The position numbers were made by a program, and so were the translations under genes. Below are positions 1 to 10,000 of a stretch of 64,000 bases of DNA, piece by piece; positions within the stretch are counted from its first letter, which is position 1; each line of letters opens with the position of its first letter. The notes under the pieces are model-generated. The model made no database searches, had not been told where the DNA came from, and saw only the letters and a program-made list of their open reading frames with translations. The stretch covers positions 92,091 to 156,090 of the forward strand of contig JBARXU010000013.1 in the NCBI GenBank assembly GCA_049647505.1, written 5' to 3'. Source of the DNA: Mesorhizobium sp. GTDB lineage: Bacteria > Pseudomonadota > Alphaproteobacteria > Rhizobiales > Rhizobiaceae.

Positions 1-874
1 ACGCCTGGCCCAGTTCCGACAGAGTCCAACGCGCATTCTTGTCGAAGAACAGCGGCTTGCCGTCCTTGCTCCAGACCGAATTGTGGATGTGGCTCGAATT
101 TCCGGCGAGGCCGTAATTATACTTGGCCATGAAGGTCACGGCCTTGCCTTCCTGATCGGCGATTTCCTTGGCGCCGTTCTTCATCACCACGTGCTGGTCG
201 GCCATCTCGATGGCCTCGGCATAGCGCGCGTTGATTTCCTCCTGCCCCGGCCCCCATTCACCCTTGGAGCATTCGATGGGAATGCCCGCCGCCGCCAGTT
301 CGTTGCGCAGGCGGCGCATATAGCCTTCTTCCTTGGTGGTGATGCCGATCTGGTAATCGCCGATATAGGGCGAGGCGGTCGCCAGATTGTTCCAGCGCTT
401 GGTGCGCGCCGCCTCATAGCTTTCGTTGAGCAGATAGAACTCAAGCTCGGAGGCGAAATAGCCGATATAGCCACGCTCGGCGAGCCGGGCGACCTGCCGG
501 CGCAGGATGCCCCGCGGGCTGTGCGGCAGGTCCTTGTGGTTGTGATGGTCCTGAATATCGCAGATGACCAGAACCGTCTTTTCCAGCCACGGAATGCGGC
601 GGATGGTGTTCAAGTCGGGCTTCAGAACGAAGTCGCCATAGCCCTGACTCCAGCTCGCGGCCTTGTAGCCCGGCACCGGCTCCATATCGATGTCGACGGT
701 CAGCAGATAGTTGCAGCCATGCGTCTCTTCATAGGCGGAATCGACGAAGAACGACGCCAGGAACCGCTTGCCGAACAGACGCCCCTGCATGTCGACGCCG
801 CTGCACAGAACGGTGTCTATTTCACCGGCGGCAACGGCTTTCCTGAGTTCATCGAAACTGAGCATACCGGCCAT
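1..874 (-). CDS. glutamine synthetase family protein (GlnA/PuuA-like gamma-glutamyl ligase), N-terminal ~290 aa; C-terminus lies beyond the left edge
   Basis: Absent from the ORF track because it is open at the window edge. My translation of the minus strand from ATG at 874 (or 865) gives MAGMLSFDELRKAVAAGEIDTVLCSGVDMQGRLFGKRF...CSKGEWGPGQEEINARY...GLAGNSSHIHNSVW. These are GS N-domain and catalytic-domain style motifs. The listed + ORF 83..910 is its antisense shadow. Confidence 0.8.
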   Translation of the reverse strand, partial: MAGMLSFDELRKAVAAGEIDTVLCSGVDMQGRLFGKRFLASFFVDSAYEETHGCNYLLTVDIDMEPVPGYKAASWSQGYGDFVLKPDLNTIRRIPWLEKTVLVICDIQDHHNHKDLPHSPRGILRRQVARLAERGYIGYFASELEFYLLNESYEAARTKRWNNLATASPYIGDYQIGITTKEEGYMRRLRNELAAAGIPIECSKGEWGPGQEEINARYAEAIEMADQHVVMKNGAKEIADQEGKAVTFMAKYNYGLAGNSSHIHNSVWSKDGKPLFFDKNARWTLSELGQA

Positions 875-957
875 CTGCAACCTCTTGGATCATATATTCC
901 CGTTGCTTGAACGGGCAGACGGCCCGCAGCGAGCGCCACGGGCCGTCAGTCGTTGGA

Positions 958-2022
958 TCAGCTGTAGCGGTAGGGCGCGCCAGCCTTGGTCATCGATTCA
1001 TTGTATTTCTTGACGATCTCGACAACCCGCGCCGAACGCGGGCTCTGGGTCGCGACCTCGTCCCAGAATTTGAATGCCTCGTCCTCGACCTGCTTCCATT
1101 CGGCTGCGGGGATCGTGGTCAGTTCAAGCTTGCCCTCGTTGCGATACTTGGCTTCACCCGCCCAGTACCAATGCTGGCGGTAGTAGTGCGACGCATCCAT
1201 CGACAGCTTGAACAGCTGCTGGAGATGCTCCGGCACCGCGTTCCACTTGTCGGTGTTGACGAAATAGGAACCTGCCCATGCGCCCGACAGCGGGTTGGTC
1301 AGGTAATATTTCAGGACGTTCGCCCAGCCGACCGTATGCATCTCGGTGATGCCGCACCAGCACACGCCGTCAAGCTCGCCGGTCTGGATCGCAGGCTCCA
1401 CGTCTTCGTAAGGCAGCGACACCGGAATGACGCCGAACTTCGACAGGAACTGGCCGCCCGTCGGGAAGGTGTAGACGCGCAGGCCCTTGAGGTCCGCCAG
1501 CGAATTGATCGGCTTGGTCGTGCCGAAGTTGCACGGGTCCCACGCACCCGAAGACAGCCAGGTGACGCCGGGAATTTCGGCATAGGCCTCTTCCCAGATC
1601 TCCTTCAGCCCGTGCCAGTGCCAGAGCGCCGGAACGTCGAGCGAATAACGCGAGGCGAGCGGGAAATAGGCGCCGAACACCTTCACGTCGACCGGAGCGG
1701 CCGCGGAATCGTCGTCGCTCTGCGCGGCATCGATCGTGCCGGACTGCACGGCGCGGAACAGTTCGCCCTGCGGCACGAGTTGGTCAGCCGTGTAAAGCTC
1801 GATCTCCATCGCGCCGTTTGCAGCCTTGTTGAACCATTCGATCGAGTTCTGGATGACATGCTCGGCCAGCGCCGGGCCGGCATAGGTCTGCAGCCGCCAT
1901 TTGATCGGCGCCTGCGCCTTGACATAGGGGGTGGCGAGGACTGTCGCACCGGCTGCGCCCGCACCCGTCAGCACGGTCTTGCGCAGGAAATCACGTTTGC
2001 TGATATTCGTCTTGTCAGTCAT
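958..2022 (-). CDS. TRAP transporter substrate-binding protein (DctP family), Tat/Sec-exported
   Basis: 354-aa ORF. The N-terminus SKRDFLRKTVLTGAGAAGATVLATPYVKAQA looks like a Tat-type signal. The body resembles DctP-type binding proteins, and the gene sits next to DctM/DctQ genes. Confidence 0.85.
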   Translation of the reverse strand: MTDKTNISKRDFLRKTVLTGAGAAGATVLATPYVKAQAPIKWRLQTYAGPALAEHVIQNSIEWFNKAANGAMEIELYTADQLVPQGELFRAVQSGTIDAAQSDDDSAAAPVDVKVFGAYFPLASRYSLDVPALWHWHGLKEIWEEAYAEIPGVTWLSSGAWDPCNFGTTKPINSLADLKGLRVYTFPTGGQFLSKFGVIPVSLPYEDVEPAIQTGELDGVCWCGITEMHTVGWANVLKYYLTNPLSGAWAGSYFVNTDKWNAVPEHLQQLFKLSMDASHYYRQHWYWAGEAKYRNEGKLELTTIPAAEWKQVEDEAFKFWDEVATQSPRSARVVEIVKKYNESMTKAGAPYRYS

Positions 2023-2069
2023 CTCTGGCTCTCCATTATCGTTTCAAATGTCAGGCGGCGGCCGGGCCT

Positions 2070-3395
2070 CTAGGCAGCCCGGTAGAGCGATGGCAGCCAC
2101 AGAGCGATCTGCGGGAAGATCATCAGGATGATGATCGTCAGAACCATCAGGAAGAAGAAGGGAATGATGGACCGATAGATATCCATCAGCGTGATCTCGG
2201 GCGGGGCCATGGCCCGCATGAGGAACAGATTGTAGCCGAAGGGCGGCGTTATATACGCGATCTGGCAGGTGATCGTGTAGAGGATGCCGAACCAGACGAG
2301 ATCGAATCCCAACGCCTTTACCAGTGGGATGTAGAGCGGCGCGACGATGACGAGCATCGCCGTGTCGTCGAGGAACATGCCCATCACGATGAAGGACAGG
2401 AGCATCAGGATAAGGATGGTCCAGGGGCTGAAATCCCAGGTGTCGACCAGCAGCGCCTTCACGGCCTTGACCGCTCCAAGCCCGTCATAGACCGAGCTGA
2501 AGCATAGCGCGCCGAGGATGATCCAGAGGAACATGCAGCTGATGGCCAGCGTGTTGCGCGACGAATCCTCGAGAACCTTGAAGTTCAGATTGCCGGCCCA
2601 CCAGGCAGCGCCGACCGATAGAAGCGCGCCGACCGCCGCGCTTTCGACAAGGCTGGTCACGCCCGTCAGGAACAGGACCATCATCGCGACGAAGATCAGC
2701 AGCGGCACCACGCCGGATCGAAGCAGCGCAAACTTTTCGGCGCTGGTGATCTCGCGTCGCTCCTCCTCCGGCAGCGGCGGGCCGAGGTCCGGCTGCATGC
2801 GGCAGCGAATATAGACATAGAGCGCGAAGATGATCGCCATCAGTATGCCCGGCCCGATGCCGGCGAGCCAGAGATCGATGACGGGCGCGCGCGCGATCAT
2901 CGCGTAGAGAACGAGCACGACGCTTGGCGGGATAAGAATGCCGAGCGACGAGCCTGCCTGGATGACGCCCGTCACCATCACCTTGTCGTAACCGTGGCGT
3001 AGCAGTTGCGGCAGCGCGATGGTCGCGCCGATCGCCATTCCGGCGACGGACAGGCCATTGAGCGCCGCGATCAACACCATCAGGCCGATCGTGCCGAGCG
3101 CCAGACCGCCGCGAACCGGCCCGAACCAGACGTGGAACATGCGGTAGAGGCCGGACGCCATGCCCGATTCCGACAACATGTAGCCCATGAACACGAAGAA
3201 CGGCACGGTGATCAGCGGATACCAGTTCAGCACTTGGAATGTGGCGTTGAACGGCATTTCGAACGATCCCTGCCCCCATAGCCAGAGCGCGGCAGCGGAA
3301 CCGACAAAGCCGATCACGCCGAAGACGCGCTGCCCGGTGAACAGCAGCACCATCATGGTGCCGAACATGAAAAGCGTGATGAATTCGCTGCTCAT
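2070..3395 (-). CDS. TRAP transporter large permease (DctM)
   Basis: Polytopic membrane protein MSSEFITLFMFGTMMVLLFTGQRVFGV... I trimmed the start to ATG at 3395, which forms an ATGA overlap with the stop of the upstream dctQ. The track ORF start at 3449 over-extends into dctQ. Confidence 0.9.
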   Translation of the reverse strand: MSSEFITLFMFGTMMVLLFTGQRVFGVIGFVGSAAALWLWGQGSFEMPFNATFQVLNWYPLITVPFFVFMGYMLSESGMASGLYRMFHVWFGPVRGGLALGTIGLMVLIAALNGLSVAGMAIGATIALPQLLRHGYDKVMVTGVIQAGSSLGILIPPSVVLVLYAMIARAPVIDLWLAGIGPGILMAIIFALYVYIRCRMQPDLGPPLPEEERREITSAEKFALLRSGVVPLLIFVAMMVLFLTGVTSLVESAAVGALLSVGAAWWAGNLNFKVLEDSSRNTLAISCMFLWIILGALCFSSVYDGLGAVKAVKALLVDTWDFSPWTILILMLLSFIVMGMFLDDTAMLVIVAPLYIPLVKALGFDLVWFGILYTITCQIAYITPPFGYNLFLMRAMAPPEITLMDIYRSIIPFFFLMVLTIIILMIFPQIALWLPSLYRAA

Positions 3396-3904
3396 TGGAT
3401 CGGCTTCCCGCGGGCGATTGCAATGTCTTTGATCAGCGCGGAGATGCACTGCAGCAGCATCATGAAGATCGCGAATGTCATGATGGTCTTGATCGGCCAG
3501 AGCGGCGGGCTCCAGGCGGAATAGTTCTTCTGGCCATAGGTCATCGCGTAGTTCGTGCTCGACAGGCCGCCCCAGAACAGAACGCCCAGATAGAAGATGA
3601 TGAACAGGATCGTGAAGGCATCGGTGGTGGCGCGGCGGCGCGCATCAAGCCGGCTGTAGAACAGGTCCATGCGCACATGCTGGTCGAGTTGCATCGTGTA
3701 TGCCCCGCCAAGCAGGTAGTAGGCCGACAGCACGAACTGGGACATTTCCAACGCCCAGTATATCGGCACGCCGATGACGAGGCGCGATACGGTCGACGCG
3801 AGCAGGATCGCGCCCATGACGAAGAACAGGTACATCGCAAACCGGCCGATCCGGTAGTTCGCGGCATCGACATATCGAACGAATAATCTGGCAAAGGCGT
3901 TCAT
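3392..3904 (-). CDS. TRAP transporter small permease (DctQ)
   Basis: 170-aa protein with four hydrophobic segments, translationally coupled to dctM (ATGA overlap) and overlapping the upstream gene by 4 nt. Confidence 0.8.
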   Translation of the reverse strand: MNAFARLFVRYVDAANYRIGRFAMYLFFVMGAILLASTVSRLVIGVPIYWALEMSQFVLSAYYLLGGAYTMQLDQHVRMDLFYSRLDARRRATTDAFTILFIIFYLGVLFWGGLSSTNYAMTYGQKNYSAWSPPLWPIKTIMTFAIFMMLLQCISALIKDIAIARGKPIQ

Positions 3905-4710
3905 GAATTCTCCCCGGCCGCGCCCGGCGCGAGCGGCCAGTCAAGGCTTTCCGCCGCCTCGGCAAGTATCGCCGCAAGCCGCGAAGCCCACCGAGAATGC
4001 GCCGCCTCGTCTGCGATGTCATCATTGCGGATCTCGACCATCGCGCAAGGCAGGCCCCGGCTGCGGGCGTGTCGCTCCAGCGTATAATAGACGCGGTCGT
4101 CGGGGCTATATGGTTCGTTGTCGCCGACCACCACGCCATCGAGCCTGCGAAGGCCGGCCAGCATGGGCGCGGCGAGCCGCATATCGTCGTCATGGATCAC
4201 GCCGACATGCCAGGGCCGCGCGACACCCTTGTAGACCGGCGTGAAGCTGTGGATCGTGACGATGGCGGTGCGACGCCCGTTCTCCAGCCGCTCATCGATG
4301 AGTGCCGACAGGACATCGTGAAACGGGCGATGAGACAGTGCGATGCGTTCGTCGCGCGCCTTCTCCGACAGACCCTCATTGCCGGGGATGACCGTGGTTT
4401 CGCTCACCGCCGGAACAAGGTCGGGCGCGTCCAGCGGGCGGTTGCAATCGATTGCCAGCCGCGACACCTGCGATACGACCAGCGGCGCGTCGAGCAGGGC
4501 CGCCAGCTTGCGAGACACGGGCAGCGCGCCGGGATCCCAGGCGATGTGGCGATGAAGTTCGCCCCGTGCCAGGCCGAGCGTCCCGAGCGCGGACGGAAGC
4601 CAGTTGGAGGCATGCTCGCAGACAATGACGAAATCGCCCCGCGCGCTCCAGTTGGAGACCTGCACCGGGTCGCGCACGGCATCATCGATCGATGACGGCT
4701 GCTTGATCAC
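3901..4710 (-). CDS. N-formylglutamate amidohydrolase (FGase/HutG-like) family protein
   Basis: 269 aa. It has the family-typical N-terminal CEHASN motif (VIVCEHASNWLP), then ...IAWDPGA... and IHSFTP. It is first in the minus-strand operon with the TRAP genes and the GS-like gene. Confidence 0.75.
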   Translation of the reverse strand: MIKQPSSIDDAVRDPVQVSNWSARGDFVIVCEHASNWLPSALGTLGLARGELHRHIAWDPGALPVSRKLAALLDAPLVVSQVSRLAIDCNRPLDAPDLVPAVSETTVIPGNEGLSEKARDERIALSHRPFHDVLSALIDERLENGRRTAIVTIHSFTPVYKGVARPWHVGVIHDDDMRLAAPMLAGLRRLDGVVVGDNEPYSPDDRVYYTLERHARSRGLPCAMVEIRNDDIADEAAHSRWASRLAAILAEAAESLDWPLAPGAAGENS

Positions 4711-4724
4711 TTCCCCTCGGCGTG

Positions 4725-4738
4725 TGTAACTTTTGTTA
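4725..4738. promoter_or_regulatory. palindrome GTAAC-TTTT-GTTAC in the AT-rich divergent promoter gap; candidate RpiR operator
   Basis: Read directly at 4725-4738, inside the 107-bp gap between the FGase-like gene (-) and the RpiR gene (+). The function is inferred only. Confidence 0.3.
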
Positions 4739-4817
4739 CGTTTTGAAGTTCATTCCACACTCAAGTATGATTTGATACGCTGATCTGCGTTTTGTCAAAC
4801 GACAATCGGGAGGCGCA

Positions 4818-5666
4818 GTGGCGGGAGGAAGAGTGGCAACCAACATCGCCGAGATGATCGTCGCACGGACCGACGACCTGCCGCCGGGAGAGCGCAAGGC
4901 CGCGCAGGCCCTTATGGCCAATTATCCGATGCTCGGCCTGAAGACGGTCGCCGAATTTTCCGCCCGTGCCGGCGTCAGCTCGCCCACGATCCTGCGCTTT
5001 GTCAGCCGCATCGGCTTCCAGAACTATGCCGAGTTTCAAGGCGCGTTGAACGACGAACTCGCCGCGCGGCTGGAATCGCCCTTGTCGCGCACGGGCGTCA
5101 AGACGCGCAGCGTCGCGGGCTCCGACGATCCGTTCGCCGCTGCGATCCTCGACAACATCTCCGAAACCTTCAAGCTTCTGGCTCCCCGCCAGATCGCCGA
5201 CGCCATAGCGCTTCTGGCCGACCCGCGCCTGCGCATCCATCTCGTCGGCGGCCGCTTCACGGATCCGATCGCGCGCTATCTCGGCGCTCATCTCCAGATC
5301 ATCCGCCCCGGTGTCTTTCACCTCGAAGGGCAGGAGAACATGTGGCGGGACCGGCTGCTCGACATGGGCCGCAAGGACGTGCTCGTCGTCTTCGATATCC
5401 GCCGCTATCAGGAAAGCCTGCTGCATTTCGCCGGAAAGGCGAAGGCGAGAGGCGTCACCATTGTTCTGATGACGGACCAGTGGCTTTCACCCATTGCGCG
5501 CTTCACCAACCATGTCGTTGCTGCGAGAACCGCCGTTCCATCCGCCTGGGATTCATCTGCCGCCCTCTTCGTCGTCGCTGAAAGGCTGATCGCGGGCGTC
5601 ACGGACATGCTGCCCGACCAGAGCGCGGCGCGCATTCGCGACATGGACGCATTGCGCGAGGAATAA
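4818..5666 (+). CDS. MurR/RpiR family transcriptional regulator (HTH_6 + SIS domain)
   Basis: 282 aa. ERKAAQALMANYPMLGLKTVAEFSARAGVSSPTILRFVSRIGFQNYAEFQ is the typical RpiR HTH, followed by a SIS-like C-terminal half. GTG start with GGGAGG just upstream. Confidence 0.85.
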   Translation: MAGGRVATNIAEMIVARTDDLPPGERKAAQALMANYPMLGLKTVAEFSARAGVSSPTILRFVSRIGFQNYAEFQGALNDELAARLESPLSRTGVKTRSVAGSDDPFAAAILDNISETFKLLAPRQIADAIALLADPRLRIHLVGGRFTDPIARYLGAHLQIIRPGVFHLEGQENMWRDRLLDMGRKDVLVVFDIRRYQESLLHFAGKAKARGVTIVLMTDQWLSPIARFTNHVVAARTAVPSAWDSSAALFVVAERLIAGVTDMLPDQSAARIRDMDALREE

Positions 5667-5835
5667 CGAGGATGTGACCTCCGCGGACCGAGATTACCAA
5701 AGTTTAAGATGACATGGGCGGCCCGGTCGAACACATGTCATACAAGCGTGCTGGCCTTGGGCGGCGCGACCGTTACCATTGCGTCATGAGGCGCTACGGT
5801 ATCGATCAGGGTAGACGGCCGGTTCGGAGACATTG

Positions 5836-7002
5836 ATGGCATTCTGGAAACAGGCGATCCTCTCGCTCGCAATCGTTGCGGCAGCGGTCGCGGCTTGGGT
5901 GTATTTCGTGCCCGGCTCCCGCGACACGCTGGCAGGTTGGGGGATCGGCAAGCCCGCTGCTCCTGCCTCGACAGGCAATCGTCAGGCAGGCGGCCAGCAA
6001 GGCTCGGGCGCGCAATTGCCCGTCATTGCCTCCGTCGTGACGCAGGAAACCATCAACAGCCGCCTGTCGGCCATCGGCACCGGGCGGGCCAGGGAGACGG
6101 TTGCGGTCAACCCATACGCCGCCGGACAGATGACGGAGCTTCTCGTCACCTCCGGCGCGACCGTTCAGGCCGGAGACGTGATCGCCCGCCTCGATTCCGA
6201 AACCCAGTCGATTGCGGTCGACCGCGCAAAATATGCGCTCGACGACGCCACCGCCAAGCAGGAGCGCATCCGCACGCTGCGCAATTCGAACGCAGCGACC
6301 GCCGTTCAGCTCAACGAGGCGGCGCTCGCCGTCGATAATGCCCGCCTGGCGCTGCGCGATGCGGAGCTGGCGCTGACGCGCCGCGCAATCACCGCCCCGA
6401 TCTCCGGCGTGGTCGGCATCCTGCCGGTTGCTGCGGGGAACTATGTCACCTCCACCACCGAAATCGCCCGTATCGACGACCGCTCGAACATTCTCATCGA
6501 TTTCTGGGTGCCCGAGCGCTACGCCGATCTGGTCAAAGTCGGTGCCGCCCTCAAGGCGTCTTCCGTCGCCCGTCCTGCCGAGGTCTATTCGGGTGTCGTC
6601 AGCGCGCTCGACAACCGCATTGACGCGGCCAGCCGCACCCTGCAGGTTCAGGCCCGCATCGAGAACCCCGATGACACGCTGCGCGCCGGCATGTCGTTCC
6701 AGGTCACGATGGAGTTTCCCGGCGACACGTTTCCCGCCGTCGATCCGCTCGCGGTCCAGTGGGGCGCGAGCGGCGCCTTCGTCTGGCTCGTGCGTGACGG
6801 CAATGCGGTGCGCACCGATGTCCGCATCATCCAGCGCAACACCGACACCGTGCTTGTCGACGCGCCCATCGCTGTTGGCGATGTCGTCGTGACCGAAGGC
6901 GTCCATGCCGTGCGTGACGGCGCGCCCGTCACCATCGCGCGCACCAATGGCGCGGCAGCCCCCTCGCCTGCCACTGTCCAGAACACGGCAACGGGTGGCT
7001 AG
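5836..7002 (+). CDS. efflux RND transporter periplasmic adaptor (MFP/HlyD family)
   Basis: One N-terminal TM helix (AILSLAIVAAAVAAWVYF), coiled-coil and lipoyl-like regions, and the gene immediately precedes the RND permease. I chose ATG at 5836, one codon inside the TTG start in the track. Confidence 0.85.
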   Translation: MAFWKQAILSLAIVAAAVAAWVYFVPGSRDTLAGWGIGKPAAPASTGNRQAGGQQGSGAQLPVIASVVTQETINSRLSAIGTGRARETVAVNPYAAGQMTELLVTSGATVQAGDVIARLDSETQSIAVDRAKYALDDATAKQERIRTLRNSNAATAVQLNEAALAVDNARLALRDAELALTRRAITAPISGVVGILPVAAGNYVTSTTEIARIDDRSNILIDFWVPERYADLVKVGAALKASSVARPAEVYSGVVSALDNRIDAASRTLQVQARIENPDDTLRAGMSFQVTMEFPGDTFPAVDPLAVQWGASGAFVWLVRDGNAVRTDVRIIQRNTDTVLVDAPIAVGDVVVTEGVHAVRDGAPVTIARTNGAAAPSPATVQNTATGG

Positions 7003-7005
7003 GGC

Positions 7006-10000
7006 ATGAGCGGAGCACCACAGCACAATCCGGAATCGGGCGTCACGGCCCTTTTCATCCGCCGTCCGGTTCTCGCCTTCGTCCTCAACGTCCTGATCAT
7101 CGTCGCCGGCCTCGCCGCGTTTCTGGCGGTCGAGGTTCGCGAATTGCCGGACGTCGACCGGCCTGTCGTCACCATCACGGCGGATTTCACAGGCGCATCG
7201 GCCGAAACCATCGACCGTGAGCTGACATCCATCCTCGAAGGCGCGGTCGCCCGCGTCTCGGGCGTCAAGTCGATCTCGTCGTCATCATCCTATGGCCGCA
7301 GCCGCGTAACGGTCGAGTTCAACGACGGCGTCAATCTCGACGTCGCTGCCTCCGACATGCGCGATGCCATCAGCCGGGTTCAGAACAATCTGCCCGACGA
7401 CGCCGACGTGCCGCGCATCGTCAAGGCCGACGCCAACGCCGATGCCGTAATGCGTCTGGCCGTCACGTCTGGCAGCATGACCATCCAGGACCTCAGCGTT
7501 CTGGTGGAGGACCAGATCGTCGATGGCCTGTCCGCCGTTCCGGGCGTGGCCGACGTTCAGGTCTTTGGCGACCGCGCCAAGATCTTCCGCGTCGACATCA
7601 ACCAGTCGCGCCTGTCGAGCCTTGGCCTGACGGTTGCAGACGTGCGAAACGCCCTAGCCTCCATCTCCTTCGATGCGCCGGCCGGTTCGCTCACCTCGAA
7701 CTCGCAGGATCTCGTGGTACGCGCCACCGCCTCGGTGACGACGCCCGAGCAGTTCGAGAACCTCGCAATCGGTCCGAACGCCAACATGATCAAGCTGCGC
7801 GACGTGGCCACCGTCACGCTCGGCGCCGATATCGGCCAGTCTGCGCTGCGCGCCAATGGCAAGACCGGCGTCGGGCTTGGCATCATCAGGCAGGCGCAGT
7901 CCAACACGCTTCAGATTTCGCAAGGCGTTCGCACGGCAATCGACAACCTCAACCAGTCGCTGCCTGAAGGCGTCGAGATCAGGATCACCGGCGACGACGC
8001 GATCTTCGTCGACGGCGCGATCCATGAGGTGGAGATCGCGCTCGGCATTTCGGTCTCGCTCGTCCTTCTGGTCATCTACATGTTCCTGCGCGACTGGCGC
8101 GCCACCCTCATCCCCGGAATGTCGCTTCCCGTCGCGCTCGTCGGCACCATCGCCGCCGTATATCTCGTCGGCTTCTCGCTCAACATCCTGACCTTGCTTG
8201 CGCTGGTCCTCGCAACCGGCCTCGTGGTCGACGACGCCATCGTCGTGCTGGAAAACATCGTCAGGCGACGAAACGAAGGCATGGGGCCACGCGCGGCCGC
8301 CGTGCTCGGTGCCGAAGAGGTGTTCTTCGCCGTCATCGCCACGACCGCGACGCTCGTCGCCGTTTTTGTCCCCCTCTCCTTCCTGCCCGGTCAGACGGGC
8401 GGTCTCTTCCGCGAATTCGGCTTCGTTCTGGCCATTGCCGTCATCCTCTCGGCAATCGTCGCGCTCTCGCTGTGTCCCATGCTCGCATCGCGAATGCTGC
8501 GCCCTCATTCCCATGAGGAAGACAACGGCATTCTCGGCCGTATCGGCGGCCGCCTCTCGGACCTCTATCGCCGCGTCCTGCGGGCCTGCCTCAACGCCCC
8601 GCTTGTGGTCGTGCTCATTTCGATCATGTTCGGCGCAGCCGCATGGGCCGTATCGACGGGCATCAAGTCCGAGCTGACGCCGCAGGAAGACCGGTCGCAG
8701 ATGTTCCTGCGCATCAATGCTCCGCAGGGCGTGTCCATCGACTATCTCTCCCAGCGCATCGGCGACATCGAGCGCCTGCTCCAACCCCTGCGCGATTCCG
8801 GCGAGATCACCAACACCTTCGGCATCGCCGGCTCGCAGGGCCAGTCCAACAGCGGCTTCCTGGTGCTGACGCTGGCGCCTTGGAGCGAACGCGAACGAAC
8901 CCAGCAGCAGATCGTCACCCAGATCGAAGGCATGCTGACGCAGGTTCCCGGCGTCCGCGCCTTCACCAACCAGCCGAACAGCCTCGGCATTCGCGGTGCC
9001 GGCAGCGGCCTGCAGTTTGCACTGGCAGGCAATTCCTACGCCGATCTTGGCGCCGCGGCGCAAAAGATCATCGCTGAGATGGAGAAAGACCCGCGATTTC
9101 TCCAGCCGCGCCTGTCCACCGATACGACCCAGCCGCAGCTTTCGGTCGATATCGATCGCGAACGCGCATCCGACATCGGCATCGACATCACAGGTCTGGC
9201 CGAAGCGATGCAGGCCATGCTCGACGGCCGCGAGGTCGGCTCGGTCTTCATCGAGGATCGCAGCTTCGACGTGAAGCTCGTCTCGACCACCAATCCGATC
9301 AACGATCCGACCGATCTCGAAAACATCTACCTCAAGACCCGCGACGGACGCTTCGTGCCCATGTCGACCATCGCGACCCTGTCGGAGCGCGCGGTCGCCC
9401 CCTCGCTCCAGCGCGAACAGCAATTGCGCGCGGTCGCCATAACGGCCGGTCTGCGTTCGGACTTTGCACTGGGCGAAGCCTATGCCGAGGCGCAGGAGAT
9501 GGCGCGGCCCCATATGCCGACGGGAAGCCGCATCATCCCGCTCGCCGAGACGGCGACGCTTGGCGAAACCACCGGCTCCATGATGATGACCTTCGGCTTT
9601 GCCATCGTCATCATTCTTCTGGTGCTTGCCGCTCAGTTCGAGAGCTTCGTCAGCGCCGTCATCATCATGGCGACCGTTCCGCTGGGTCTTGCCTGCGCTA
9701 TCTTCGCAATGATTCTGACCGGCACCAGCCTCAACGTCTACAGCCAGATCGGCCTTGTTCTGCTAGTCGGCATCATGGCCAAGAACGGCATCCTGATCGT
9801 CGAGTTCGCAAACCAGTTGCGCGATCGCGGACAGGGCGTGCGCGAGGCGATCGAGAACGCGGCCAACATCCGCCTGCGCCCGGTCATGATGACGATGATC
9901 TGCACCATCCTCGGCGGCCTTCCGCTGATCCTGGCGTCAGGCGCGGGCGCCGAAGCGCGCATATCGCTCGGCTGGATCATCGTCGGCGGCCTTGGCCTCG

